Assembly (NCBI GenBank): GCA_965202585.1
Contig: OZ241827.1
Span: 48,298,001-48,362,000, forward strand
Origin: Thalia democratica
Lineage: Eukaryota
Length of the DNA: 64,000 bases
Direction: 5' to 3'
In this document: positions 63,447 to 64,000 of the stretch, in pieces
Position numbering within the stretch: position 1 is the first letter of the stretch
Layout of the letters: every line of letters begins with the position of its first letter
Position numbers and translations under genes: made by a program
The notes under the pieces: model-generated
Told to the model about the DNA's origin: nothing
The model's database searches: none
The model's input: the letters and a program-made list of their open reading frames with translations, nothing else

Positions 63447-64000
63447 GGGTATAGGGGGGGTCCGACATTTGTTATTACTAAAAATGACATTGGATCTTAT
63501 ATGAAAGCTTAAAGTTCAAACTACAAGCCAGTTTTAAAAGAATTAAAAAATCTTTTTTAACTTTTAAGATATTGTAATTTTATAAAAAGTTTCCGATACA
63601 AACATATGGACCGCAAAATTTTCGCGGTCATTTTCTCGAAAATTTAAAAAATCACTAATAATCTATCTTCTCCTTCATTTTTTGAGCTAGAGACCTCAAA
63701 CTTTCAGGAAACGTTCCTTTTATAGTTTATAAGACTTTGAACGTTGGAATTTTAAAAATATTAAAAAATAAATATTTTAGATAAGAAAATACAAAAAACT
63801 AGGTGGTTTTTTTTTTAATAAATTTTATCTTTCAAAATTAAAAAAAAATCCTGCTTTTAATCTTTAAAAAATTTAATAATACACTTTATGTAAAATTTTG
63901 AAGAAGATTGCTTAAAAAATGAAGGAGATAGATTTTTAGTGAAATGGTCTTTTTAGGCGTTTTTAGTTTGCGCCTCCCATTAGGAACCTATTGAGGTCAC
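63447..64000 (+). mobile_element. Kolobok-like MITE running off the window end
   Basis: TTAA|GGGTATAGGGGGGG start, closely similar to 60312-60870. Confidence 0.8.

Overview
AT-rich, repeat-dense genomic DNA of an invertebrate animal with GT-AG introns; the species cannot be determined from the sequence. Four host genes were assembled by hand from splice sites and reading phase: a small Shisa/WBP1/VOPP1-like single-pass membrane protein (minus, 5 exons, 6604-8539), a Tweety/TTYH-family protein (plus, at least 10 exons, 18640-27773), an intronless C1orf52/UPF0690 homolog (53461-54039) and nudC (plus, 8 exons, 54620-62483). There is also a disrupted BACK-Kelch pseudogene (33433-36080) and an unidentified intronless ORF built on an 84-bp/28-aa tandem repeat (41159-42376, one early in-frame stop). 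The rest is transposon-derived: several Penelope-like retroelement (PLE) remnants of two types, a CR1/L2-like LINE remnant, TTAA-flanked Kolobok-like MITEs, hAT-like MITEs with 8-bp and 6-bp TSDs, a 9-bp-TSD MULE-like MITE and a decayed hAT-like transposase. The most notable signal is a set of hammerhead ribozyme motifs. One has an intact type I core (45426-45490) and is mirrored by a C3U copy on the opposite strand (45075-45139) inside a ~140-bp inverted repeat. Minimal hammerhead-like motifs also lie just downstream of two PLE GIY-YIG ends. No databases or folding software were used, so family assignments rest on recalled motifs.
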